Of a DNA stretch of 64,000 nucleotides, positions 18,332 to 28,400 are shown piece by piece (the first letter of the stretch is position 1; every line of letters begins with the position of its first letter). The position numbers and the translations under genes were made by a program. The DNA is from Anaerolineaceae bacterium UBA6105. GTDB taxonomy: Bacteria > Chloroflexota > Anaerolineae > Anaerolineales > Anaerolineaceae. The notes beneath the pieces were generated by a model. It ran no database searches and was not told the DNA's origin. It was given only the letters and a program-made list of their open reading frames with translations. The stretch spans positions 4,080 through 68,079 of the forward strand of contig DIWN01000058.1 of assembly GCA_002423495.1 (NCBI GenBank). The letters are read 5' to 3'.

Positions 18332-19315
18332 ATGAGTCGCGGTATTCCAAAGAAAACCAAAACCGAACACGAAATGACCATCGCGCGCCCAATGGTGACG
18401 CGTAATTACCTGATGCGGTGGGATCTCGACCGCTGTGTTGGCTGCCAAATTGGTCCGATTGTCTGTCCCAAAGAGGCTCTCACGCATGTTGAAGCGGAAC
18501 TGCAGGACGGACGCATCGTCAAACGCGCCTCGGTGGACGTAGACGAGACGAAATGCGTCAATTGCGGCATTTGCGTGGTATCCTGCCCCACCCATGCCAT
18601 TTCACTTACGGTCAATGGCAAACCTGAAATTCCGGTCATCGAGTACGGCGCTTACCCCGAATTCATTACCAAGACTATTTTTCGCAAGGAAAAGTTCGAT
18701 TTTTCGCTTAAAGAATTCCTGATCGACAACTGCCCCACCGGCGTCATCAGCTACGATGAAGTACGCGACACCATGCGGGTTGATTTTGATAACTGCATCC
18801 ACTGTCGCCAGTGTGAAGTTGCCAGTAAGGGTGCATTCGAGGTCCGGCAGGCCTGGGTCGGCTCAGTTGAGCTGCACCGTGAACGCTGCGTGGAAGGCTG
18901 CCTGGCCTGCGCCGATATCTGCCCCACCCGTGCCCTCCATATCGACGATTCCGGCGAGCTGGTTTTAGCGGATTATTACTGCATCAAATGCGGCGCCTGC
19001 ATGGAAGTTTGCCCCATAAAAGCCGAATATGCGGAAGAGCCCTTTGAGTTCGAATCGCAGGGCATGACCCTTCAACGGACATTAAAACGCCTGACGAACG
19101 AGAACGAACTGCCTATCAAAGTGGAACGCTGGCGGGTGAACCACACCGAAGTTTCGAGCGCATCCTGGATCGAGGCACTGCGCAAGGTATCGGATGATAA
19201 AGCCAAGTCCGTTGAGATTGACCGTAAGCGCGCATTGCGCCGGGCTGATCTGATTGACGCGCTGCGTGGTAATTTAACTGCAAAAACGCAACTCAAAAAA
19301 GAAATAGAAAAATAG
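18332..19315 (+). CDS. polyferredoxin-like multi-[4Fe-4S] protein with Cys-free basic C-terminal tail
   Basis: CVGCQIGPIVCP, CVNCGICVVSCP, CIHCRQCEV, CLACADICP, CIKCGACMEVCP. AGGAGA lies before ATG 18332 (track start 18233 overlaps the previous gene). Confidence 0.7.
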   Translation: MSRGIPKKTKTEHEMTIARPMVTRNYLMRWDLDRCVGCQIGPIVCPKEALTHVEAELQDGRIVKRASVDVDETKCVNCGICVVSCPTHAISLTVNGKPEIPVIEYGAYPEFITKTIFRKEKFDFSLKEFLIDNCPTGVISYDEVRDTMRVDFDNCIHCRQCEVASKGAFEVRQAWVGSVELHRERCVEGCLACADICPTRALHIDDSGELVLADYYCIKCGACMEVCPIKAEYAEEPFEFESQGMTLQRTLKRLTNENELPIKVERWRVNHTEVSSASWIEALRKVSDDKAKSVEIDRKRALRRADLIDALRGNLTAKTQLKKEIEK

Positions 19316-19340
19316 GTCTCTTCTCATCTGAGAGGATTTG

Positions 19341-19640
19341 ATGAAAATACCTCAGTTATTGATGTTAATACCCTTTCTCAAAAAGCTAATGGTTGAAACA
19401 TCAGCAGAAGCCTTCCATAAAGCTTGCAAAATCCTGGATCAAAATGGAATTCAGTACCGCATCCAGACGATCCGCCTGCGCGGAATCATTGGCACAGGAT
19501 TGGAATCCAGCAGCTATATGCGCTTCAATGTCAGCCAAAACAAATGGGGTTCACAATCAGCAACTTCTTATGCGATTTACGTTCGTCCCAAAGATTACGA
19601 AAGAGCCCGCCAGTTGACAGGCTCAATCAAAATGGAATAA
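19341..19640 (+). CDS. small hypothetical protein
   Basis: ORF with a GAGAGGA SD-like sequence. No family recognised. The 3' end overlaps the convergent gene by 18 nt. Confidence 0.35.
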   Translation: MKIPQLLMLIPFLKKLMVETSAEAFHKACKILDQNGIQYRIQTIRLRGIIGTGLESSSYMRFNVSQNKWGSQSATSYAIYVRPKDYERARQLTGSIKME

Positions 19641-21008
19641 GTCGTTCTGCTCTGGTGGCATTGCTCCAAAGCCGTGCCTTGCGGTAAAGTCAAAAGACCA
19701 ACCCGTCGGACGGTTGTATTCAGGATTCCGTTCGCCTTGTTTGAAAATCAGAACCCGTGCTTTCGAACGCAACCGCCCAAAGTCGCGTAAGTTCGGTGTA
19801 GCTGTGATGATATTTCTGAACGTGCCAGTATTAATGTAATAGGTCTCAACTCCTTTTTCCACTTTCATTAATTGCACCAAAGGATTGTGCGTGTGACCCG
19901 AGACGATACACCGTATAGGCGAGTTTGGCTTCTGCAAACATTCTTCTTTCGAGATCAATTCGGATTGATCACCTATTTTTGAACGGCGTGAAACCGGAGC
20001 CAACATAGCCTTGACCATCCAAAAAGGCAGCCCTTTTCGCCAGAGTCGTGTCTTCAATACTGCCTTCAAGGTTGCGCCAGATAAATTGGTCATGCCCGCA
20101 AGTGCAATCATCTGCTTGCCAATTTGCGGGGAAAAGGCGAGATCGTCAAGCATTCTAACGAAGACCGGCTCTATCGTCCGCCAAACTTCCTTCATGGAAA
20201 AACCTGGCGTAGAAAACAAAAAGTTGATCAAGGCGTTCGAGGGTCTGACGTTATCAAAATCAATCAATCGCTGGAACATGACAGAAAGATTCTGGTCCTC
20301 CAGGATACCTTCCTCGGTGTAGTATTCTTTAAAGAGAATTGGCAATTTTGCAGCAATTTCCGTGGTAATGATATCCCCGAAACAAGGGCTGTCGTAGTAC
20401 TTCTTGTCGATTAGGGTTGGAATTTCGGGCCACAAGCGCACATCCGCCCCAAAGTTGGCTGCATCATACTCATGGCCGTGGCGGATAAGTATCTTGGTCT
20501 CACCATTTGTACGATGCAGGTACTGATTTTCAAACGGCAGGTCGGATGGCTCCATCCCCAGGAAGCTGCGGGTGCGATTGCGCACCCGTCGGCTGGCATT
20601 TAATAGCCGATCGTGATTTCCGGGGATGAAATGGATTTGCACCGGACGACGCATTTGGACGGTCAGGTTGCGAAAAATTTCCAGGGTGGCAGCCACCCGG
20701 GGCTCAGCTGCAATGGCATCCATAATCTCGTTAATCCGCCCTTCAAGCTCACTGCCCTCGGTGACCTCATCGTTGTGCGCGTAAGGTCGCAGACGATCTT
20801 TAAGCCAAAGTGCTGAACGCGTAATCTCAAAGATATCTCCCGCTAAAACCAGGTCGATATCCTGGATATTGTCATAGCGGATAAACTCGAGAATTTCATT
20901 AAAGAACGCGCGGTAGACCTCAGGCGGAAGATTGTGATTGAATTGGTGCTCCCCAATCGTCAGGGAATTATTGTCCGCAAAGTGCAAATCCGACATTACG
21001 ATGATCAA
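19623..21008 (-). CDS. calcineurin-like metallophosphoesterase with large internal insertion
   Basis: Motifs SDLHF, AGDIFE, GNHD, RHGHEYD, SGHTHNP. Confidence 0.8.
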   Translation of the reverse strand: MIIVMSDLHFADNNSLTIGEHQFNHNLPPEVYRAFFNEILEFIRYDNIQDIDLVLAGDIFEITRSALWLKDRLRPYAHNDEVTEGSELEGRINEIMDAIAAEPRVAATLEIFRNLTVQMRRPVQIHFIPGNHDRLLNASRRVRNRTRSFLGMEPSDLPFENQYLHRTNGETKILIRHGHEYDAANFGADVRLWPEIPTLIDKKYYDSPCFGDIITTEIAAKLPILFKEYYTEEGILEDQNLSVMFQRLIDFDNVRPSNALINFLFSTPGFSMKEVWRTIEPVFVRMLDDLAFSPQIGKQMIALAGMTNLSGATLKAVLKTRLWRKGLPFWMVKAMLAPVSRRSKIGDQSELISKEECLQKPNSPIRCIVSGHTHNPLVQLMKVEKGVETYYINTGTFRNIITATPNLRDFGRLRSKARVLIFKQGERNPEYNRPTGWSFDFTARHGFGAMPPEQNDLFHFD

Positions 21009-21071
21009 AGTTTTTCTCCTGGGAGTATTGTATTACAAGACCCGCCTGATTTTGTTCATAGTAGCATCCAA

Positions 21072-23006
21072 CTACGGAACTTGAAGCCTGAATGCGCCAG
21101 ATTCTCTTGTGCCTATGATTAAAACATTCGTATCCACGGGATCAAATGCCAAAGCATGGACAGTCCATCCAATGCTATGCGCAGTCCAATTCACCCCACA
21201 GTCCCTTGTTACCCAAACCTTCGAATCCTCCCCTACTGCCCAGGTACAGCTTTCTGCTTTCGCAATTGCCATTGTGAGATGATTCAGTGACAAATTTTCC
21301 AACCTCTCAGGTAATCGCGTTAAATTCAAGGACGCGATAATTGCTTTATCTGCAGCAGTTTGCAATGTGCTGTCCGTCACCTGGCTCTCAGGCGCTACTT
21401 GCTCCCACTGATCTCCCCGCATTGCCCACAAGCCTGAGCCGGCAGTGCCCAGCAGAAGTTCGTCCTCGTGCCATGCTACGCCAGTCGGTTGGATCACACT
21501 TCCTGCCTCAGATATAAAAGCCTCATCAAGCAGCAAAACCCGCTCTTTCACCCAGTTTAACCCCGCCTCCAGGTCCTCCGGGTTGGCTTCAGGTAGCTCC
21601 ACAGATTGCCAGTTCTGGCCATCCCAAAGGTCCATCCAACCGCGCCCGATGGCAAAAAGCTGCTTACCAGTGCCTGCCAGCGCCACCACATCCAGGCTGG
21701 TCAAACCCTCGTTCATGGTCTCCCAGGTTTCACCTGAATCTGAAATCCTGAAAACTCCCTGCCCATAAACCGCCCCTGCCAGCACCTCAGCTTCACCAGG
21801 CATTTCTGTAAGACCAGTGATAGCCGTCAATCGCAAATCTGCCATGATACTGTTCCAGTTGGAGCCATAACTGCTCGAGCGGAAAATGCCATTGCTCTCA
21901 GTGGCAGCGTACCACCGCTGTGGGTTACCATCAGCGATCACGAAGTCATACAACCGCTGCCCGGACAGACCACGCGAAACCCAACTTGCCGCAAAATCAT
22001 CCGAACTGTACAAGCCATTGCCGTAAGTGCAGCTGAAGACCCGTTTTTGCTGCCCGCCAAAGGGGTCAAGATAGACTCTGTATACCTCCACGTCCATCGG
22101 CAGCCCTGTACCGCTCCAAGTCCATGAGACTCCGCCATTCCAGGTGCGATAAACCCCATCCCCATGCCAAACGCCGCCATAAACCAGCCCTGCGTAGGCA
22201 GAATCGATCGCAAAAGATCGCGCCGAGAGGTCAGCCACGCCGGCGTTGATCGGGCTGAAAGTCACGCCACCGTCCACGCTCTTGTAAAAACCGTGTTCGT
22301 GCGCCGTCAGATAGATGATATTGGAGTTGTTTGGGTCGATATCCACATCATAAAAATAGTCTGGCTTTGAAAAGCTGTTGCCAGTCAGCAGGATTGTCCA
22401 ATTAACCCCTCCGTCCATACTCCTGGCAAGATAACCAACCAGACTGCCATAAATCCTTGAGGCCACAAAGATCCGCTGCGGATTATTTGCATCAATTTCA
22501 ATATCGTAGATGATGTGGTTGTTGAGCACACCCCCACTGGATGCCTGCCAGCTTTCTCCGCCATTGGTTGACCTGTAAATCCCTCCCTTGTAGGTCCCCG
22601 CAAAAACAATCTCTGAGCTGCTTGGATGCGTCGCCAGCGATTGAATGACCAGGTTCCCCAATCCCACGCTTTTCCGGTACCAGGTTGTGCCCTGGTCAAA
22701 ACTCTTGTAAACACCACTGCCAAAATGCCCGGCATAGACGTTGTCGTTCTGACCCGGATCGATCGCAAAGGAGGTAAAGGTTCCTCCCACCGGCCCAACC
22801 GGCACCGGCGCTGCTGTACTTACGAGTGGAAAGTAATAAGTGTAACTACCCGTTGGGATTGATTGGCTAAAAACAGCACTGGTGCTTAGCGTGATTGCGA
22901 TCAGACTGATCAGAAACGCAAAAAAAATCAGCCCAGATACACTGAATCGCAGAGAATGAGAGCCCTGCAGATGATTTCGCATATTTCCTCGCAGTTTACA
23001 CTGCAA
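21072..23006 (-). CDS. secreted BNR/Asp-box repeat protein (Ycf48/sortilin-VPS10-like beta-propeller)
   Basis: N-terminal hydrophobic signal and repeated SxDxGxTW-type boxes (SFDQGTTW, STNGGESW, SMDGGVNW, SDSGETW, TRDCGVNW). The true start may be Met at 22982. Confidence 0.75.
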   Translation of the reverse strand: MQCKLRGNMRNHLQGSHSLRFSVSGLIFFAFLISLIAITLSTSAVFSQSIPTGSYTYYFPLVSTAAPVPVGPVGGTFTSFAIDPGQNDNVYAGHFGSGVYKSFDQGTTWYRKSVGLGNLVIQSLATHPSSSEIVFAGTYKGGIYRSTNGGESWQASSGGVLNNHIIYDIEIDANNPQRIFVASRIYGSLVGYLARSMDGGVNWTILLTGNSFSKPDYFYDVDIDPNNSNIIYLTAHEHGFYKSVDGGVTFSPINAGVADLSARSFAIDSAYAGLVYGGVWHGDGVYRTWNGGVSWTWSGTGLPMDVEVYRVYLDPFGGQQKRVFSCTYGNGLYSSDDFAASWVSRGLSGQRLYDFVIADGNPQRWYAATESNGIFRSSSYGSNWNSIMADLRLTAITGLTEMPGEAEVLAGAVYGQGVFRISDSGETWETMNEGLTSLDVVALAGTGKQLFAIGRGWMDLWDGQNWQSVELPEANPEDLEAGLNWVKERVLLLDEAFISEAGSVIQPTGVAWHEDELLLGTAGSGLWAMRGDQWEQVAPESQVTDSTLQTAADKAIIASLNLTRLPERLENLSLNHLTMAIAKAESCTWAVGEDSKVWVTRDCGVNWTAHSIGWTVHALAFDPVDTNVLIIGTRESGAFRLQVP

Positions 23007-23034
23007 CTCCCGTGCCCGGGAGACCCTGGCTGTT

Positions 23035-24075
23035 TTAGCTCAACACCTTCCTGAATGCTTCCAGGCTGGCTTCCACAGCCCTGTCAGAAATATCGTTATG
23101 GGTCACCATCCGATACTCCCCGGGGCCAGAATCCATCAACAAAATGCCTTCCTGCTTCATCGCTCCGAGGAATTCACCTACGGAAAGTGGAACACTCTCG
23201 TCCAAGGTGAAAAAGATCATATTAGTTTGGGGTGAATTCTTGGTCAGGTGGACTTTATTATTAGTCCTCAGCCCCTCCGCCAACATAGCCGCGCGTCGAT
23301 GGTCCTCCGCGAGCCTGTCCACCATCTCATCCAGCGCTACAATTCCAGCCGCCGCGATGATACCTGCCTGGCGCATGCCGCCGCCGAGCATTTTCCGCAA
23401 GCGCCGTGCTTTGCTGATAAACGCCGCATCGCCGCACAGAACCGACCCCACCGGGGCGCATAAGCCTTTGCTCAGGCAGAAGGTAATCGAATCAACGGGC
23501 GCCACCAATTTACTGGCGGGCAGTCCCAAAGCCACCACGGCATTAAAAATTCTCGCTCCGTCCAGGTGTAAAAGCAAATTATGTTCACTCGCGAAGGCAG
23601 CTACTTGTTCGGTATATTCCAGGCTGATCGGTACTCCGCCACAAAAATTTTGGGTGTTTTCGATAATCACCAGTTTTGAAACAGGTTCGTGTATGTCATC
23701 CGTATTACGCAATGCGTTCTGTAAATCCTGCAAAGCAAGCGTTCCATCCGCTTGGTTTGGAACCGTATGAATAACAACGCCGCCCACCGCCGAGACACCA
23801 CCAGCTTCATGCAAAAAGGTGTGCCCTTGCGTGCCCATGATCGCCTCTTCACCCCGCGCGCAGTGCGCCAAAACCGCCACCAGGTTGCCCATCGTGCCCG
23901 AGGTCACAAACAAGCCCTGCTCCTTGCCGAGCATATCCGCGGCTTTCTGTTCGAGCGCATTGACGGTTGGATCTTCTCCGTAAACGTCATCCCCCACCTG
24001 TGCGCTTGCCATTGCCTGCCGCATTTTCTCGGTTGGATGGGTGGTAGTGTCAGAGCGAAAATCAAAATATTGCAT
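23035..24075 (-). CDS. ltaE: low-specificity L-threonine aldolase
   Basis: FRSDTTTHPT...GDDVYGEDPTVNALE and SKGL PLP-Lys context typical of the family. Confidence 0.85.
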   Translation of the reverse strand: MQYFDFRSDTTTHPTEKMRQAMASAQVGDDVYGEDPTVNALEQKAADMLGKEQGLFVTSGTMGNLVAVLAHCARGEEAIMGTQGHTFLHEAGGVSAVGGVVIHTVPNQADGTLALQDLQNALRNTDDIHEPVSKLVIIENTQNFCGGVPISLEYTEQVAAFASEHNLLLHLDGARIFNAVVALGLPASKLVAPVDSITFCLSKGLCAPVGSVLCGDAAFISKARRLRKMLGGGMRQAGIIAAAGIVALDEMVDRLAEDHRRAAMLAEGLRTNNKVHLTKNSPQTNMIFFTLDESVPLSVGEFLGAMKQEGILLMDSGPGEYRMVTHNDISDRAVEASLEAFRKVLS

Positions 24076-24078
24076 GGT

Positions 24079-24993
24079 CTACTCCTTTTGTAGTGTAGTT
24101 AAAATTTTTTTGAGGTCTGCTGCCAATGGGGCCGTAAATTCAGTTGGCTCTTCATCGCCTGGCAGTTTGACAGTCAGTTTGTGCGCGTGTAAAAAGAATC
24201 TTGGAAGTTCCAGAGACTTTTTCCGCCGTCCGTAGATCTTATCCCCCGCAACCGGGCAGCCAAGAAAGGCCAAATGCACGCGAATTTGGTGAGTTCTGCC
24301 CGTCAGGGGCTGCACTTCCAAGAGGGTGTGATCCCGATAACTTTCAAGTGTGTAATACTCTGTGATGGCGGATTTGCCTTTATCACCGTAAACCACAGCC
24401 ATGCGCTGGCGAATTTTCTCATCCCGACCGATTGATGCCTCAATCCTTCCTGTGGGAGAAGGCGGTTCACCATCCACCAAAGCCATGTAGGTCTTTTTCG
24501 TCTTTCGCGATTTGAATTGCCGTACCAACCAGCTGTAAGCCGCTTCGTTGCGAGCTAAAATCAGGACTCCGGATGTGTCTTTGTCCAGGCGATGCACGAT
24601 ACCAGGGCGTTCAGCATCACCAACCTGCGCGATCTCTGGCCAACGGTGCAGAATTGCGTTCACCAGGGTATCCTGGGTATTGCCGGCACCGGGATGTACC
24701 ACCATGCCGGCAGGTTTATTGACGACAATCACATTTTCGTCAACATAGATCACATCCACCGCAATGGCTTGATGCAGCAGCTGGGTCTCCTCCTGGACTG
24801 GAATGGAGTAGGAGATCACACTTCCCGGTTCGAGCTTGAAGGAGGCTTTTTGCTGAACCTCCCCGTTTACAAGGACCTCACCTTCCGCAATCAGTTGTTG
24901 GAATTGCCCTCGCGAAACCTCAGGCTCAGACTGGGCAAGGAATTTATCGAGCCGCAAGCCAGAACCCCCTTCGTAGCGAATTTCCTTATGCAT
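24079..24993 (-). CDS. rluD: RluA-family 23S rRNA pseudouridine synthase (RluD-like)
   Basis: S4-like N-terminus (RLDKFL), catalytic HRLDKDTSG. Confidence 0.85.
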   Translation of the reverse strand: MHKEIRYEGGSGLRLDKFLAQSEPEVSRGQFQQLIAEGEVLVNGEVQQKASFKLEPGSVISYSIPVQEETQLLHQAIAVDVIYVDENVIVVNKPAGMVVHPGAGNTQDTLVNAILHRWPEIAQVGDAERPGIVHRLDKDTSGVLILARNEAAYSWLVRQFKSRKTKKTYMALVDGEPPSPTGRIEASIGRDEKIRQRMAVVYGDKGKSAITEYYTLESYRDHTLLEVQPLTGRTHQIRVHLAFLGCPVAGDKIYGRRKKSLELPRFFLHAHKLTVKLPGDEEPTEFTAPLAADLKKILTTLQKE

Positions 24994-25498
24994 CTTGGCC
25001 TGATTTCACTTCCGGATCTATTTCCGATCCATTTTTCTCTTTGATGATCATGTCCAGGAGCATCAGTCCGACGCCGATCGTGACGCAAGAATCAGCCACG
25101 TTGAAAATCGGGAATCTGCCCACCGCAATAAAATCGGTCACGAATCCCAGCGTAAACTGGTCTACCAGGTTTCCAAGCGCCCCACCCAACATCAGGCTCA
25201 AGGACACTTTAACCAACACGTCCTTTATTTCAGCTTTTTGATAAAAAACGATGATGAAGAGTACAATTGCGATCCTAACAATCGTTAGGATCGGACCGGC
25301 ATTCTGCAAAGTACCAAATGCCGCCCCACGATTTTGCCAGTACAAAAACCGGAAAAAATCCCCGATTGCCGGGATGGGTGACCAGGCTTCGCCTAAGGCG
25401 AGGTTCTGCCTAACCAGGGCTTTTGTGAGCTGATCCGCAACGATCACAGCCGCAGCAATCAGGAATAAAAGCCCATTATGCTTTAGGAATTTCTTCAC
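24986..25498 (-). CDS. lspA: lipoprotein signal peptidase II
   Basis: NRGAAFG and FNVADS motifs, four TM segments. Confidence 0.85.
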   Translation of the reverse strand: MKKFLKHNGLLFLIAAAVIVADQLTKALVRQNLALGEAWSPIPAIGDFFRFLYWQNRGAAFGTLQNAGPILTIVRIAIVLFIIVFYQKAEIKDVLVKVSLSLMLGGALGNLVDQFTLGFVTDFIAVGRFPIFNVADSCVTIGVGLMLLDMIIKEKNGSEIDPEVKSGQDA

Positions 25499-28400
25499 GC
25501 GCTCACTCCTTGCACGGTTTGCAGGGCAAAGTGTAATTCTTCTCCATCAAAAGCATCATGCGCCTGGGTCAGTCCATGCGGCAAGTCTTCATCCAGAACT
25601 GCCAGCGCCAAAGTTTCCGCGGCAATGTAGCTTTCATTCTGCTTCACGGCTTCACTTAAGGCCTCGCTGGCCTGGAAGTAAATCTTGATCCGGTCGGCGA
25701 TGTCCAGGCCGAGACTCTTGCGCTGATCCTGCACCCGGCGTACAAATTCCCGAGCCAGGCCTTCATAGAACAGCTCCTGGCTGATGGTGGTAACCAAGGC
25801 CGCCAGGTATGGACCATCCGTCGCGACGGCAAAACCTTCTTTTGCAGCGGCATGCACTTCCACTTCGTCCGGCAGTATCTCGTAGTGCTTGTCATCCACC
25901 TTGATCACCAGGTTCAAGCCGGCCAGCAATCTTTCAGCGCTTTCCTTTGCGGGCAAATCAAGGATAGCCTGCCGTACTTTTGGCAAGAGCCCCTTATACT
26001 TCTGACCCAATTGTTTTGGCAGTGGATTCAAGCTGTATTCAACAGCTTCTTCGCTGCCTCCCAAGGTCCTCACCTGCTTCACATTCAGTTCATCCTCGAG
26101 GATTTCCCTGAACTGATCCACCACTTCCATTTCATCTGCACTGCCAACAGCAAAGGCAACTTCCGAGAGCGGCTGGCGCACCTTGACGTTAGACTTGTTG
26201 CGTGCGGCATGCCCGAGCGAAGCGAGTTTCATCACAACCCCCATCTGGTGGTTGAGGGTTTCATCGATCATGCTTAGGTCAGCCTTTGGCCACTCAGCCA
26301 GATGCACGGAAATTGGCGCCTGGTCATTAGCAGAGCGCACCAGGTTCTGGTAGAGCGTCTCTGCCATGAAGGGCATCGAAGGCGCCAGCAGCTTGCTCAC
26401 GGTCACCAAAGCCCGATAAAGCGTCTCGTAGGCAGCTGCTTTATCAGCGTCCGATTCGCTTTTCCAAAAACGCCTTCGCGAGCGGCGCAAGTACCAGTTG
26501 GAGAGATTGTCCACAAAAGCCTCAATCGGGCGGGTCGCCCCAATCACGTCATAAGTCTCGTAGGCTTTGGTCACATCCCTTACCAACGTCTCTAAAGAAG
26601 AGAGCAGCCACCGGTCCAAATCTGAGAATTGGGGGATCACCGAAGAGTCAGGCGTCCAGTCATCCAGGTTGGCATAGGTCACAAAGAAGGAGTAGGTATT
26701 CCACAACGTCAACATGAAGCTGCGCACCACCTCCCCCACCAATTCCCTGCTGAAACGGCGTTCGTTGCCCGGAGGGCTGGAGGTGTAGAGATACCAGCGC
26801 ATCGCGTCGGCACCATAGCCGTCGATCACTTCCCAGGGGTCAACCACATTGCCCTTGTGTTTAGACATCTTCTGGCTTTCCCCATCCAGGATCAAGCCCA
26901 AGCAGATGACATTCTCGAAACAAAGATTGTCAAACACCAGCGTGCTGATCGCATGCAGGGAGTAGAACCAGCCGCGGGTCTGGTCAACCGCCTCACAGAT
27001 AAAATCAGCTGGAAACTGTTGCTTAAATTCATCCAGATTTTCAAAAGGATAATGCCACTGGGCAACTGGCATCGCGCCCGAGTCAAACCAGACGTCAATC
27101 AGCTCACTCACGCGGGTCATCCTGCCTTCTTTACACTTGGGGCAGTTAAAGTGCACATTGTCCACATAGGGTCGGTGCAGTTCGAGTTCGCTTTGGTCCT
27201 GCCCGGTCAGCTCGCTCAATTCCGCGACGGAACCGACACAGTGCTGATGCCCACAGCTTTCACAAACCCAAACCGGCAGCGGCGTGCCCCAGTAGCGGTC
27301 GCGCCCCAAAGCCCAGTCCACGTTGTTTTCAAGCCAGTTGCCAAAGCGTCCTTCCTTGATGTGCTCGGGCACCCAGTTGATCTCCCGGTTAAGTTCCACC
27401 ATACGTTCCTTGATCTTGCTGGTGCGGATGAACCAGGTGGATCTTGCCATGTATAAAAGCGGGGTGTCGCAGCGCCAGCAGAAGGGGTAAGTATGGGTTA
27501 CTGTTCCCCGATTGAAAAGCAGACCTCTTTGTTTCAAGTCCTCCATAATCAAGGGATCGGCATCTTTTACGAACATGCCAGCCCAAGGCGAAACCGCCGG
27601 TTTGAACTTGCCCTCATCATCGATCGTCAGCAAAACCGGCAGATCGTACACTTTAGATACTGCCATGTCGTCCATGCCAAACGCCGGCGCGATATGCACC
27701 AGCCCGGTACCGTCGCTGGTGGTGACGTAATCGGCGTTGACAACGTAGTGAGCTGGTTTGTCAGGCGGCAGGAAGGAATAGAGCGGAGCGTATTTCTTAC
27801 CCTCAAGCGCTTTGCCTTTCATGCTCTTGAGCACTTCCACCTTTTTGTCTCCGAAGACCAGCGGGACCAATTCCTTTGCCAGAATCAAGCGCTCATTCGC
27901 CTCACCTTCCACTCTGACCATGACGTAGTCCAGGTCAGGATGTGCTGCAACGGCGACATTGCCCGGCAGAGTCCAGGGTGTGGTAGTCCAGACCAGCAAA
28001 TAGGTGTTCGGTTCATCCACCAGAGGTAAACGCACCGTGATGCTCGGGTCAACCGCGTCGGCATAGCCTTGCGCAACTTCATGGTTTGAGAGCGGCGTGC
28101 CGCAGCGCGGGCAATATGGAACCACTTTGTAGCCCTGGTAGAGCAAGTCCTTATCCCAAATCTGGCGCAGCAACCACCAAACAGACTCGATGTAGGGGTT
28201 GGTGTACGTCACGTATGCCCGGCTCAGGTCCACCCAATAGGCGATCCTTTCGGTCAATTGCTCCCATTCCTGGATGCGCGAGAAAGCTGATTCGCGGCAC
28301 AGAGCATTGAATTTTTCGATGCCGTATTCTTCGATCTGGCTTTTCTCAGTAAAACCCAGCTTCTTTTCAACCTCGATTTCAACTGGCAGTCCGTGCGTGT

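Noticed and set aside
23007-23034. Hairpin CTCCCG..CGGGAG between ltaE and the BNR-repeat gene as a terminator
   Set aside because: The stem is short and no U-tract follows on the minus strand, so the genes are probably co-transcribed.
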